A stretch of 43,398 bases of DNA from Comamonadaceae bacterium (GCA_947451205.1 CANFZL010000001.1:1-43398); one strand, 5' to 3'. Shown: positions 9,852-21,244, numbered from the stretch's first letter. The notes: generated by a model from the letters alone, not told the origin. Numbers and translations: made by a program.

Positions 9852-10667
9852 TCATGGCTTTTGGCAGTTGGCGCAATAAAAGGTCGAGCGCTGCCCCTGC
9901 ACGATGCGGCGGATAGGCGACTCGCAGCGCCTGCAAGGCAAACCAGCGCGGTCGTAAACCATGGCTTCGAGCTGGAAGTGGCCTTGCTCACCGTTCGCAT
10001 TTGAAAAATCGCGCAGCGTGCTGCCACCTTTGGCGACGGCTTCAGCCAGCACCTGCCGAATAGCCATGTGCAACTGCAAGGCGCGTGGTTTACTAATTTT
10101 GGAGGCCCGAACCGTTGGCCGAATGCCCGCCAAAAACAAGGCTTCCGACGCATAAATATTACCCACACCCACGACGATTTCGCCGCCCAACAGCACTTGT
10201 TTGATGGCCGTTTGGCGGGCCTTGAGTGCAAGGTGAAACTCAGTGAATTCAAAATCATCGCCGAGAGGCTCGACACCCAAGTGCCCCAACAATTTTTGCG
10301 CTATTGGGTCTGACTCGCTAGACGCATAAACCACAGCGCCAAAGCGGCGCGGATCATTCAGACGCAAGGTGCCCAGCGAAGTCTGCATCTCAAAATGGTC
10401 GTGCTTGCCGAGCGCTGGCAAATGGTCTGTAAAGACCACACTGCCCGACATCCCCAGATGTACCAGCAGCAAGCCGCCTGTCAGGTCAAGTAACAGATAT
10501 TTACCACGCCGGCGCACCTGCAACACTTGGCGCCCAAGCAAAGTCTCGGGCGCACAACCGAGCGCCCAGCGCAAGGGCTTACCCATCGTCACAGACAAGA
10601 TCGTTGCCCCGGCAATGCGATCGGCAAAGCTCAGGCGGGTGACTTCAACTTCGGGGAGTTCTGGCAT
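9852..10667 (-). CDS. mutM: Formamidopyrimidine-DNA glycosylase MutM/Fpg
   Basis: N-terminal MPELPEVE (the catalytic Pro fixes the start at 10667), [16 protein letters not shown]-terminal zinc finger CRRC..CANCQ. Confidence 0.97.
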   Translation of the reverse strand: MPELPEVEVTRLSFADRIAGATILSVTMGKPLRWALGCAPETLLGRQVLQVRRRGKYLLLDLTGGLLLVHLGMSGSVVFTDHLPALGKHDHFEMQTSLGTLRLNDPRRFGAVVYASSESDPIAQKLLGHLGVEPLGDDFEFTEFHLALKARQTAIKQVLLGGEIVVGVGNIYASEALFLAGIRPTVRASKISKPRALQLHMAIRQVLAEAVAKGGSTLRDFSNANGEQGHFQLEAMVYDRAGLPCRRCESPIRRIVQGQRSTFYCANCQKP

Positions 10668-10689
10668 GGTCATCAATTATCATGGCTTG

Positions 10690-12486
10690 ATGACGAAACA
10701 ACTTCTTTGCACCTTGGCTGGTTTGTGGCTGACGCTTGCGCCGGTCGCTGGGCAAACAGCCCCTGCCCTGCCGACCTCGACGAAAAGTACGGCTACCAGC
10801 CCTGTAGCGACTCTGCAGCAGCACCAAGCCAAAGAAGCCGCGAACCCAACTTCGGTGCTGGATGCACAGCTCTTTTATCAGCTACTGATTGGCGAGCTCA
10901 GCGCGATTGCGGGTCAACCAGCACCGGCTGTTTCACTGATTCTCGACGCCGCCGAAAAAACCAACGATCCACAGCTTTATCAGCGGGCGACAGAGTTAGC
11001 ACTTCAATCGCGTTCTGGCGAGGCCGCCTTGCAGGCTACGCGAGCCTGGAAAAAAGCGCACCCCACGTCGATAGAAGCCAGTCGCTACATGCTACAAATT
11101 TTGCTGGCACTGAACCGCGTGACAGAGACAGCAGAACCACTCAAAGCGTTGGTCGAGTTGACACCCACCATGGAGCGACCACAAACCTTCGCGGCTGTGC
11201 CTCGGCTGTATGCCCGCGCTGGCGACAAGAAACTCGCTGCGACGTTAGTGGAACAAGCTTTGGCGCCTTACTTCACACAGCCAGGCACGGCAGCATCAGC
11301 TTGGGCGATGGCCGGGCGGCTTAGGCTCGCCGCCGGCGACACAACAGGCGCTTTGGACGCCGCTCGCCGCGGCCAAGCCGCTGACGCCCAAGCGGAGGGA
11401 CCGGTGCTTGTTGCACTCGAATTGATGGATCCGAAGCGCCCGCAAGCCGAATCTCTGGTCCGTCAATACTTTGCTGGCTCGACGGCTGGTTCGCCCGAAC
11501 TGCGCATGGCTTATGTGCGTAACTTGCTCAGTGCCGAGCGCTATACAAACGCGTTGTCTCAAATCGAAATACTGCTGAAGGAGAAACCTGATTTCGCCCA
11601 AGGCTGGCTGGTCTTAGGCTCACTGCAACTGCAAGAAAATCAGCCCACAAAGGCAGAAACGTCCCTGAAGCGCTACGTAGATCTGGCTGAGCAGCAAACC
11701 CCAAGCGACGAGAGCTCACGCGGCTTGGCACAGGCCTTCTTTGCACTCGCGCAAATCGCCGAAAAGCGTAAAGACTTGGTCGCCGCTGAAGCTTGGCTCA
11801 AACAGATTGAAAGTCCAGAGATGCTCATGCAGGCGCAAATGCGCAGGGCCAGCTTGCTAGGTCAGCAAGGAAAATTACAAGATGGCCTGAAACTCATTCG
11901 CGAGCTGCCGGAACTCAAAGAAGGCGATGAGCGCAGCAAGTTAATGGCTGAAGTCACGTTGCTCAAAGAATTTAAGCAATACCTTCCAGCCTACGAGCTC
12001 ATCGGCCGTGCCATCATCCAATTCCCAGCTGACATCGAGCTCGTTTATGAGCAGGCCATGAACGCAGAAAAGCTGGACAGGCTCGACGAGATGGAGCAAC
12101 TTCTGCGCCGCGTGATCAACCTCAAACCCGACTACCACGCTGCATACAACGCCCTTGGCTACTCTCTGGCAGATCGCAACGTGCGCTTGCCCGAAGCCAA
12201 GGTACTCATACAAAAAGCGCTCACCTTTGCGCCTACCGACCCATTCATCAAGGACAGCTTGGGATGGGTCGAGTTTCGCTTGGGTAATCAACCTGAGGCC
12301 TTGCGTATTCTTGAGGCAGCCTTCAAGGCTCGACCCGACCCGGAAATTGCCGCTCACTTGGGTGAAGTGCTGTGGAGCATGGGGCAACGCGAACGCGCTC
12401 ATGCGATTTGGAAAGAAGGTAGATCGCTGAACCCAGAGAACGAAACGCTACTGGAAACCCTCAAGCGTCTGCGCGTCAAAATCTGA
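10690..12486 (+). CDS. Exported tetratricopeptide-repeat protein (conserved upstream of lolB)
   Basis: Signal peptide from ATG 10690, multiple TPRs, AYNALGYSLADRN, DSLGWVEFRLG, PEIAAHLGEVLW; mutM-TPR-lolB-ispE synteny. Confidence 0.9.
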   Translation: MTKQLLCTLAGLWLTLAPVAGQTAPALPTSTKSTATSPVATLQQHQAKEAANPTSVLDAQLFYQLLIGELSAIAGQPAPAVSLILDAAEKTNDPQLYQRATELALQSRSGEAALQATRAWKKAHPTSIEASRYMLQILLALNRVTETAEPLKALVELTPTMERPQTFAAVPRLYARAGDKKLAATLVEQALAPYFTQPGTAASAWAMAGRLRLAAGDTTGALDAARRGQAADAQAEGPVLVALELMDPKRPQAESLVRQYFAGSTAGSPELRMAYVRNLLSAERYTNALSQIEILLKEKPDFAQGWLVLGSLQLQENQPTKAETSLKRYVDLAEQQTPSDESSRGLAQAFFALAQIAEKRKDLVAAEAWLKQIESPEMLMQAQMRRASLLGQQGKLQDGLKLIRELPELKEGDERSKLMAEVTLLKEFKQYLPAYELIGRAIIQFPADIELVYEQAMNAEKLDRLDEMEQLLRRVINLKPDYHAAYNALGYSLADRNVRLPEAKVLIQKALTFAPTDPFIKDSLGWVEFRLGNQPEALRILEAAFKARPDPEIAAHLGEVLWSMGQRERAHAIWKEGRSLNPENETLLETLKRLRVKI

Positions 12487-12490
12487 CCTT

Positions 12491-13060
12491 ATGCGATCAG
12501 TGCGCCTTGTGTTCGGTAGTTCCGCCACGCTCTCGTCGAATCCGTTTCACAACCGGAGTTTATTGCGCTTATGCTTTTTCTGGCTCGCTTGTGCAAGCCT
12601 CGCATTGCTTTGTGGCTGCGTTCAGATGCCGCTTACGGCAACGGACATTGCACCCAAAAATATCTGGTCTGGGCGTCTGAGTCTGCAAGTGCAGTCAGAG
12701 CCGCCTCAGTCGTTTTCTGGCGGTTTTGAAATAAAAGGCGGTCCGAGTCAAGGTGAGTTGATGCTGAACAGCCCACTGGGAAACACAGTACTGGCTGCGC
12801 GATGGTCGCGGCAACAGGCAACGCTTTACTCTGGCAGCGAAACACGCCATTACGCCTCAATTGACACGCTGATTGAACAGTCCACGGGGGCTGCGCTGCC
12901 AGTGGCAGCCCTCTTTGATTGGCTCGTCGGTAAAGAGACTCAGTCGAACGGCTGGAAGGCAGACCTCACGCACCAACCCGAAGGTCGCATCCAAGCCCGC
13001 CGCATCAATCCGCTACCCCAAACGGAACTGCGCATCTTGCTGGACACACCACTGCGTTAA
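12491..13060 (+). CDS. lolB: Outer-membrane lipoprotein insertase LolB
   Basis: Lipobox-like LLCGC, WSGRLSLQV, L.SPLG, G..LPV..L.DWL; lies between the TPR gene and ispE. Start uncertain. Confidence 0.8.
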   Translation: MRSVRLVFGSSATLSSNPFHNRSLLRLCFFWLACASLALLCGCVQMPLTATDIAPKNIWSGRLSLQVQSEPPQSFSGGFEIKGGPSQGELMLNSPLGNTVLAARWSRQQATLYSGSETRHYASIDTLIEQSTGAALPVAALFDWLVGKETQSNGWKADLTHQPEGRIQARRINPLPQTELRILLDTPLR

Positions 13061-13080
13061 CGCGTCTTGCAAAGTGCCTC

Positions 13081-13983
13081 ATGACATTTTCAAAATTTTC
13101 GGGTCCTGCCGCCCATAGAGCCACCCCGTTGAAGGCTATCTATGACGTATTGGCACCGGCCAAACTTAATTTATTTTTGCACATCACCGGACGCCGAGCT
13201 GACGGCTTGCACTTGCTGCAGTCTGTTTTCATGCTCATCGACTGGTGCGACACCCTGCACTTCGAATTGCGTCACGATGGCATTATTTCGCGCACCGACT
13301 TAGGGCCAACAACGTCCGACTTGCTACCGGCAGAAGACCTGACGATACGTGCAGCCCGGGCCTTGCAAGCCGCCACCGGCACCTCGCTGGGCGTGAACAT
13401 CAGCCTTGAAAAGCGCATTCCTTCACAGGCCGGCATGGGGGGCGGATCATCAGATGCAGCCAGTTGCCTGCGCGCGTTGCAGCGGCTCTGGGGGGTTCAC
13501 CTGCCACCAGAAAAATTACAAACCATCGCACTGGCCTTAGGTGCGGATGTTCCGTTTTTCCTCGGTTCGGGCCACGCTTGGGTCGAAGGTATCGGCGAGC
13601 AACTGACTCCGATTCAATTGCCGCCAGCTCAATTTTTAGTGGTCAAACCACCTGTCGGATTGTCGACTCCAACAATTTTTGGCGCCCCGGAACTAAAACG
13701 TGACACGGCAACTGCTACAATGCGAGGCTTCGCTGCAAACGACAAAGGTCAGATTTACGAATTCGGCCGAAACGACTTGCAGCCGGTTGCCGAAAAGCTT
13801 TGCGCACCGTTAGTCCAATCTCTTGATTGGCTCACAGCACAAGGTCTTAAAGGACGAATGACCGGCTCAGGCAGTGCAGTTTTCGCGAAAATTTTGCATG
13901 ACTCAATGATTCCAGTAGCCCCAAGCAACTGGGTCATAAATAAATGCAAAAATTTGGAGGAACATCCTCTGACCGGTTGGTAA
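13081..13983 (+). CDS. ispE: 4-diphosphocytidyl-2-C-methyl-D-erythritol kinase
   Basis: APAKLNLFLHITGRR.DG.H, KRIP..AGMGGGSSDAA, LGADVPFF, MTGSGSAVF. Confidence 0.96.
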   Translation: MTFSKFSGPAAHRATPLKAIYDVLAPAKLNLFLHITGRRADGLHLLQSVFMLIDWCDTLHFELRHDGIISRTDLGPTTSDLLPAEDLTIRAARALQAATGTSLGVNISLEKRIPSQAGMGGGSSDAASCLRALQRLWGVHLPPEKLQTIALALGADVPFFLGSGHAWVEGIGEQLTPIQLPPAQFLVVKPPVGLSTPTIFGAPELKRDTATATMRGFAANDKGQIYEFGRNDLQPVAEKLCAPLVQSLDWLTAQGLKGRMTGSGSAVFAKILHDSMIPVAPSNWVINKCKNLEEHPLTGW

Positions 13984-14082
13984 AATGCCGGATTCAGGAT
14001 ATTTTTCCAGAAATGATTGATGGGTTGATTGTTGAAGTGAGACTCGCCAAAAGGCGGACTGACAACAATTCTTGACCCGTGT

Positions 14083-14159
14083 AGGGGTGTCGCCAAGTTG
14101 GTTAAGGCACTGGATTTTGATTCCAGCATTCGCAGGTTCGACTCCTTCCACCCCTGCCA
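14083..14159 (+). tRNA. tRNA-Gln (anticodon TTG)
   Basis: Cloverleaf folded by hand: acceptor AGGGGTG/CACCCCT, anticodon stem CTGGA/TCCAG with TTG at 14117-14119, T-loop TTCGACT, encoded CCA; ispE-tRNA-Gln-prs synteny. Confidence 0.96.
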
Positions 14160-14168
14160 AATTTATTG

Positions 14169-14220
14169 GGCCTTTGCCGCGAACTTTGTTCCAAAGTTCG
14201 GGCATCGGCCTTTTGTTTTT
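14169..14220 (+). terminator. Hairpin plus U-tract after tRNA-Gln
   Basis: CGAACTTTG-ttc-CAAAGTTCG perfect core, extended by TGCC/GGCA and GGCC/GGCC, followed by TTTTGTTTTT. Confidence 0.55.
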
Positions 14221-14282
14221 GCGTGTTTTAGTGTGTCTTTTGCCTCTTCACCGCTTCAATGCCAAACACCGCTGGACCCCAC

Positions 14283-15257
14283 ATGCTGCCGCACAACCCT
14301 GAATTCATGGTTTTCACTGGCAATGCCAATCCGGGCCTAGCCCAAGACATTGCCAAAAACCTCGGCATTGCATTGGGTTCTGCCCATGTTGGCCGCTTCT
14401 CTGATGGTGAAGTCACCGTTGAGATCCAGCAAAACGTGCGGGCTCGTGAAGTCTTTGTGGTGCAGTCAACCTGCGCACCCACCAACGACAACCTGATGGA
14501 ATTGCTGATCATGGTGGATGCACTAAAGCGTGCATCTGCTGAGCGAATTTCCGCCGTCATCCCCTACTTTGGTTACGCCCGTCAAGACCGTCGTCCGCGT
14601 TCGGCACGTGTACCCATCACGGCCAAAGTGGTCGCCAACATGCTGCAAGCTGTGGGCGTTTCACGGGTTCTGACGATGGACTTGCACGCGGACCAAATTC
14701 AAGGTTTTTTCGATATCCCTGTCGACAATATTTACGCCTCACCTGTCCTGCTGGGTGACCTGCGCCAGCAAAACTACAACGACCTGATGGTTGTCTCGCC
14801 AGACGTCGGCGGCGTAGTCCGCGCCCGTGCGTTAGCCAAGCAGCTGGGCTGCGACATGGCCATCATCGACAAGCGTCGCCCCAAAGCCAATGTCTCGGAA
14901 GTCATGCACGTGATCGGCGATATCGATGGCCGCAACTGCGTCATCATGGACGACATGATTGACACCGCAGGCACGCTGCTCAAGGCTGCTGAAGTGCTGA
15001 AAGAACGCGGTGCAAAGAAGGTTTACGCCTACTGCACACACCCGATTTTTTCGGGTCCGGCGATTGACCGCATTGCCAAAAGCGACGCTCTTGACGAAGT
15101 CGTGGTGACCAACACCATTTCGCTCAGTACCAGCGCTGCGGAGTGCAAAAAAATTCGCCAACTCTCTGTTGCACCGCTGATTGCCGAAACCATTCAGCGC
15201 ATTGCCAAGGGTGAGTCGGTCATGAGTTTGTTCTCGGATCAAGACAATTTGTTCTGA
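14283..15257 (+). CDS. prs: Ribose-phosphate pyrophosphokinase
   Basis: [42 protein letters not shown]. Start 14283 or 14259. Confidence 0.97.
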   Translation: MLPHNPEFMVFTGNANPGLAQDIAKNLGIALGSAHVGRFSDGEVTVEIQQNVRAREVFVVQSTCAPTNDNLMELLIMVDALKRASAERISAVIPYFGYARQDRRPRSARVPITAKVVANMLQAVGVSRVLTMDLHADQIQGFFDIPVDNIYASPVLLGDLRQQNYNDLMVVSPDVGGVVRARALAKQLGCDMAIIDKRRPKANVSEVMHVIGDIDGRNCVIMDDMIDTAGTLLKAAEVLKERGAKKVYAYCTHPIFSGPAIDRIAKSDALDEVVVTNTISLSTSAAECKKIRQLSVAPLIAETIQRIAKGESVMSLFSDQDNLF

Positions 15258-15273
15258 TCCCGGACAAAAAGTG

Positions 15274-15299
15274 GGCGGCTCTTTTAGACGCCGCCTTTT
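15274..15299 (+). terminator. Possible weak intrinsic terminator after prs
   Basis: GGCGGC-N10-GCCGCC followed by TTTT. Confidence 0.45.
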
Positions 15300-15306
15300 A
15301 CGTCAC

Positions 15307-15340
15307 GAGGCGAGCTGGTCGCGGCCTGCCTCTTCAGGAG
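15307..15340 (+). promoter_or_regulatory. Putative rplY leader hairpin next to the Shine-Dalgarno
   Basis: GAGGC...CTGGTCGCGG...GCCTC stem immediately 5' of AGGAG. L25 autoregulation through a structured 5'UTR is known in gammaproteobacteria. Confidence 0.4.
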
Positions 15341-15347
15341 AAATAGT

Positions 15348-16031
15348 ATGAAATTCACCGCTTTTGAGCGCGCATTGCAGGGCACGGGTGCGAGCCGCCG
15401 TCTCCGCATCACCGGCCGCACGCCCGGTATTGTTTATGGCGGCGTTGACGCTGCATTGATGATCGAGCTAGATCACAACGCACTGTTCCATGCCATCAAA
15501 AAAGAAGCCTTCCACGCCTCCATCCTCGAGATGGAATTGGCTGGCAATGTCCACAAGGTCTTGCTGCGCAACTTGCAAATGCACCCCTTCAAACAGCAAA
15601 TTTTGCACATTGACTTTCAGCGCGTCGAAGCGACGACCCGCATGACGATCAAAGTGCCAGTGCATTTCAGCGGTGAAGAAAACTCGCCTGCGGTCAAAAC
15701 TGAAAACTGCTTGGTCAACCACGTGGTGACCGAGTTGACTGTGTCCTGCTTCCCAGCGGACATTCCTGAATTCATCGCCGTCGATTTGAGCGCGATGAAA
15801 AAAGGCGCGCCACTGCACGTCAAAGACATCACGCTGCCAAAAGGCGTGAAGTTTGTGGCCAAAGGCCAAGTCAACCCAGTGTTGGCCTCGGTCACGGCCA
15901 TCGTTGAAGAAGCCCCGGCTGAAGAAGCGCCAGCTGCTGACGGCAAGGACGCCAAAGGCGGTAAAGCCGCTGCAGGTAAAGCGGCTGCCGGTAAGGCCGC
16001 ACCAGCTGCCAAGCCAGCCGCCAAGAAGTAA
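15348..16031 (+). CDS. rplY: 50S ribosomal protein bL25 / general stress protein Ctc
   Basis: [27 protein letters not shown]-terminal domain, Ala/Lys-rich tail; prs-rplY-pth synteny. Confidence 0.96.
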   Translation: MKFTAFERALQGTGASRRLRITGRTPGIVYGGVDAALMIELDHNALFHAIKKEAFHASILEMELAGNVHKVLLRNLQMHPFKQQILHIDFQRVEATTRMTIKVPVHFSGEENSPAVKTENCLVNHVVTELTVSCFPADIPEFIAVDLSAMKKGAPLHVKDITLPKGVKFVAKGQVNPVLASVTAIVEEAPAEEAPAADGKDAKGGKAAAGKAAAGKAAPAAKPAAKK

Positions 16032-16062
16032 GCTCTTTCCTGAGCTTTGCCTCACGGCTGCG

Positions 16063-16096
16063 GCCCATATCCTCGCAAGAGGGTATGGGCTTTTTT
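16063..16096 (+). terminator. Rho-independent terminator after rplY
   Basis: GCCCATATCCTC-GCAA-GAGGGTATGGGC followed by TTTTTT. Confidence 0.9.
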
Positions 16097-16159
16097 CATG
16101 GGGCCTAGGCGCGGTACAGTCGTGCCAAGCGTCAACCGACTCACAGCATCCATTTTTTC

Positions 16160-17592
<1,433 letters not shown>

Positions 17593-17641
17593 ACCCAGAA
17601 TTATGCCCCCGAGGCCCAAGGCCTTGACGACGAGAGTGACA

Positions 17642-18301
17642 TCAAGCCGTGAAGGCCCCTAAGCGCGCCAGCAAATGAAAATGCACCGCGCCAGCCTTGC
17701 TGCTGCGGTAAATCTCCAAACCCAACGGCGTCAACTCGTCGGCGGTCCAAGTGCGCGGTGCTTCAAGGTAGACCAGGCCCTTGTCTGAAATCACTTCGGC
17801 AGCCGCCTTCAACGCGGGCTCGAACAACACCGAGTCAAACGGCGGATCGATGAAGACCAGCTGAATTGAGCCAGGGCTTTGACGCCGCAGCAAGCCAACG
17901 CCGTCGCCACGCTCGACACGCACCACATCGGCCTTCAGGCGCTCCTGCAAGGCCTTCAGCTTGAGCACCAACTGAGCATCTTGCTCGCACAAGACCACCT
18001 CGGCTGCGCCTCGTGAAGCCGCTTCAAAACCGAGAACACCCGTGCCGGCAAAAATATCCATGCAGCGCCAGCCGGTCAGGTCTTGGCCCAGCCAGTTGAA
18101 CAAGGTTTCGCGCACGCGGTCAGGCGTCGGGCGCAGGCCGGGCTTGTCGGACACCGGCAGCTTGGTGCGCTTGTAAAGGCCGCCAATGATGCGGACTTCG
18201 CCGGGCAGCGGCTTGTTGTGGCGCGGGCCGGGCTTGCCCTTGGCTTTGCTTTGCGGCTTGACCGCTGGTGCAGGCTTAGCCTGTTCGGAACGCGGCCTCA
18301 T
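17642..18301 (-). CDS. rsmD: 16S rRNA m2G966 methyltransferase
   Basis: VRIIGG, LRPTPDRVRETLFNWL, D.FAGTG.LG.EA.SRGA, DPPF. Confidence 0.95.
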   Translation of the reverse strand: MRPRSEQAKPAPAVKPQSKAKGKPGPRHNKPLPGEVRIIGGLYKRTKLPVSDKPGLRPTPDRVRETLFNWLGQDLTGWRCMDIFAGTGVLGFEAASRGAAEVVLCEQDAQLVLKLKALQERLKADVVRVERGDGVGLLRRQSPGSIQLVFIDPPFDSVLFEPALKAAAEVISDKGLVYLEAPRTWTADELTPLGLEIYRSSKAGAVHFHLLARLGAFTA

Positions 18302-19656
18302 GCGCCTGCTCCCAGCACCACGGTGACCATGCGGTCCGGCTGGAGCTTGCGGGCAAAGGCTGCCTTGATGTCGGCCGCAGTGATTTTTTCAACCTGGGCG
18401 GTCCAGGTGTCTAGGTAATTGAGTGGCAAGTTATTCCAGGCGATGTTAGCGACGTTACCGAGTAGTTTCGCATTGCTGTCGATGAGCAGCGGGAAGCCGC
18501 CCATCAGGTTGTCCTTGGCGGCCTTGAGTTCGGCTTCGGTTGGACCTTCAGTGACGAATTTTGCCAGCACCTCGCGGGCCACCCGCACGGCCTGCTCGGC
18601 CTGGTCAGGTCGGGTCTGCAAACCGATGGTGAAAGCGCCCGCATGTAGGCCCGGCGAGAAGTAGCTGTAAACGCTGTAAGCCAGGCCGCGTTTTTCCCGC
18701 ACCTCGCTCGTGAGCCGCGACACAAAACCACCGCCGCCCAGCGTGTAGTTGCCCACTGTCAGCGCAAAAAAATCGGGGTCTGAGCGTTGGTAGCCGGGCT
18801 GACCTATCAAGACCTGCGCCTGCGCTGATTGAAACGCAATAGCTTGCGTGAGCGGCGCAGTCAGCGGCTTAACTTTAGCAACCGCCGGCAAGGTTTCACA
18901 ACGCGCAGCGTCGCTCAGTGGCAAGCGCGCCAGCAACGCTTTCACCCAAGCATCAGCCTGAGCCCGCGTGACATCTCCGACCACGCTGACCTTGGCTCGG
19001 CAAGGCTGAATAAAGCGGCTGTAAAACTGGCGCATATCGGCCACCGAAATACGTCCCAGCGTCGCCTCAGTGGTTTCAAAACCATAGGGATGATTGCCAT
19101 ACACCGCTGCCGAAAAAGCCTTGGCGGCCAGCGTAGCGGGCCGCGTGTTGGCCTCGCGAATCGAAGCGCTGATGCGCTCACGGTCACGCAACCAAATCGC
19201 TTCTGGAAAGGACGGCTCACCCATTTGCCGGGCAGCCAGCGCCACAGCTTTGGGCAACAAGTCGGGGTAGCTCAAGCTGCGCAAAGAAAAGCTCATGCGG
19301 TCTCTGCCCGAACCCGCAGAAAAGGCGGCGCCCAGATCCGCCCAGGCTTCGCTGAGCTGGTTTTCGTCGAGCGCTGGCGAACCGGCCTTGGCCGCAATGC
19401 CTTTGCCGCTCATATTTGAAACGACCGTCGCCAAACCGGACTTGTCGGCCGGGTCGCGGCGGTCGCCGGCGTCAAAGTCGATCTGCACATCGAGCATCGG
19501 AATGCCGTGGCTTTCGACCAAATAAACTTGGGCACCACTGGCTTGCGTCCAGTGTTGAATCGGCAAAGCCGACTGTGCCGCTTGGCTGTGCAGCAGCGCA
19601 GCAAAAGCCACCAAGACGACACGTGTCGCTGGCCCTGTGATTTTTGAAATCAACAT
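18298..19656 (-). CDS. M16B peptidase, non-catalytic subunit
   Basis: Signal peptide and pitrilysin-like sequence without HXXEH; carries SRL..EVREKRGLAY (R-Y pair). Confidence 0.9.
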   Translation of the reverse strand: MLISKITGPATRVVLVAFAALLHSQAAQSALPIQHWTQASGAQVYLVESHGIPMLDVQIDFDAGDRRDPADKSGLATVVSNMSGKGIAAKAGSPALDENQLSEAWADLGAAFSAGSGRDRMSFSLRSLSYPDLLPKAVALAARQMGEPSFPEAIWLRDRERISASIREANTRPATLAAKAFSAAVYGNHPYGFETTEATLGRISVADMRQFYSRFIQPCRAKVSVVGDVTRAQADAWVKALLARLPLSDAARCETLPAVAKVKPLTAPLTQAIAFQSAQAQVLIGQPGYQRSDPDFFALTVGNYTLGGGGFVSRLTSEVREKRGLAYSVYSYFSPGLHAGAFTIGLQTRPDQAEQAVRVAREVLAKFVTEGPTEAELKAAKDNLMGGFPLLIDSNAKLLGNVANIAWNNLPLNYLDTWTAQVEKITAADIKAAFARKLQPDRMVTVVLGAGA

Positions 19657-19678
19657 GTTTTTCTTTCGATTTCAGTGG

Positions 19679-21244
19679 TCAGTGAAGATCGCCCGCAACG
19701 GGCACGCGGGGCTTACGGTTTGGATCCAGCGGCTGCGGCACCAACACCGCTTGCGTCATCTGGTCATCGCCAAAGTAACGCGCGGCCACGGACTGCACTT
19801 CAGCGGCACTGACGCTGCGCAACTGCGCCACCAAGCGGGCGCTGGCGTCTAGCGGGAAACCGTTGACCCAGTGGCTGCCCAGTTCACGCGCTTGGCTAAA
19901 AACGGCGTCCAGCTTGTAAATCTCAGACGCCACCCACTGCGTCTTCACGCGGTTGAGTTCGGCCTCCTTGACGCCGTCACGAGCGATCTGCGCGACCTGC
20001 TGGCGCAGCGCGTCCATCACCTGCTGCGCGGTCTTGTCTTTGGCCGGCACGCCGTCAAGCGTGAAAATTTGCGGCCCACGGCCTAGTAAGCCGTTGTTGG
20101 CGCCGGCACTGTCGGCCACACGGCCTTCACCCTGCGTCAGCGCGCGATCAAGCCGAGCCCCGCTGTAGCCGTCGAGCACAGCCGACAACACGGTGAGGGC
20201 CAGCGCGTCTTGGCTGGCGCTGGGCCCTGACGCAGCGGCGGGCGCAGCGGCCAATCCGCTGGCATCCAACTGCGGCACTTTGAACATCAGGCTCACATAC
20301 GCTTGGCTGGCACTGGCCTTGTGATCAAGGCGCTTGATGCCGGCCTGAACCGGCTCAAGGCGCGGTTTGCGCAGCGGCGTCGCACCAGCGGGAATGACAC
20401 CGTAATATTTGTCGGCCAGCGCTTTGACCTCGGCCACATCCACATCACCGGCAACCACCACGGCGGCGTTACTGGGCACATACCACTTGCGGTAAAAATT
20501 GCGCACATCATCCGGCGTCATGGCGTCGAGGTCGCTCATCCAGCCAACGATGGGCCGACGATACGGTGCAGCCGAAAAGGCGACGGCATTAGCGGCCTCA
20601 TACAGCTGAGCGCGCGGCGAGTCTTCGGTGCGCATGCGGCGCTCTTCTTTGACCACTTCAATTTCGCGCTTGAACTCGTCGTCTTCCCACTGCGTGTTGG
20701 CAAAGCGGTCGGCTTCGAGCTGCATCACCTCTTCGAGGCGGTTGGCGGGAATCTGCTGGTGATAGGCAGTGGCATCCCGGCTGGTGAAGGCGTTGTCGCG
20801 GCCACCCAAAGCGGCGATACGCCGCGAGAATTCACCGGGCTTGAGCGTGGGCGTGCCTTTGAACATCATGTGCTCCAGCGCGTGCGCCACACCCGACGTG
20901 CCGTCAACTTCGTCCATGGAGCCGACCCGCACCCACAGCATGTGGGCCACGGTGGGCGCGCGGTGGTCTGGTTTGACGATGAGTGTCATGCCGTTGGCCA
21001 AGGTGAACTCTTGCGCTTGCACGGCGACGTCAGTGCTGAGTGCATTGGCAGAGACTGAAGGTCTGGCAGCCGATAGCGTCTGGGCTGAAGCACTGCTGAA
21101 CGCGCAAAAGGCAGTCAAGGCGGTGAGCGCGAGCATCGCCCGCCACGAAGACATTGACGGATCTGGCATGAGAGAAAGTAGGGGCATAAGCAGACGGTGC
21201 ATCATCATGGTTGGCATAAATTTACCTGGCAAGGTGTGTTTCAT
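19679..21244 (-). CDS. M16B zinc peptidase, catalytic subunit
   Basis: Inverted zinc motif HALEHMMFKGT, NAFTSRD.T.Y, EERRMR. Start placed at ATG 21244; several downstream Mets are possible. Confidence 0.92.
   Translation of the reverse strand: MKHTLPGKFMPTMMMHRLLMPLLSLMPDPSMSSWRAMLALTALTAFCAFSSASAQTLSAARPSVSANALSTDVAVQAQEFTLANGMTLIVKPDHRAPTVAHMLWVRVGSMDEVDGTSGVAHALEHMMFKGTPTLKPGEFSRRIAALGGRDNAFTSRDATAYHQQIPANRLEEVMQLEADRFANTQWEDDEFKREIEVVKEERRMRTEDSPRAQLYEAANAVAFSAAPYRRPIVGWMSDLDAMTPDDVRNFYRKWYVPSNAAVVVAGDVDVAEVKALADKYYGVIPAGATPLRKPRLEPVQAGIKRLDHKASASQAYVSLMFKVPQLDASGLAAAPAAASGPSASQDALALTVLSAVLDGYSGARLDRALTQGEGRVADSAGANNGLLGRGPQIFTLDGVPAKDKTAQQVMDALRQQVAQIARDGVKEAELNRVKTQWVASEIYKLDAVFSQARELGSHWVNGFPLDASARLVAQLRSVSAAEVQSVAARYFGDDQMTQAVLVPQPLDPNRKPRVPVAGDLH

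Noticed and set aside
9833-10276. 516-aa MutY with a long N-terminus
   Set aside because: The extension is an alternative frame of mutM; MutY homology begins after ATG 9832.
10369-10689. N-terminal extension of the TPR ORF
   Set aside because: Antisense to mutM; the signal peptide begins at ATG 10690.
14083-14258. tRNA-Gln as an integration site
   Set aside because: prs follows directly; no integrase or duplicated tRNA 3' end was seen in the window.
15960-16004. 15-bp imperfect tandem repeat (GKAAA x3) in rplY
   Set aside because: Ordinary low-complexity Ala/Lys tail of Ctc-type L25; not a CRISPR or mobile repeat.
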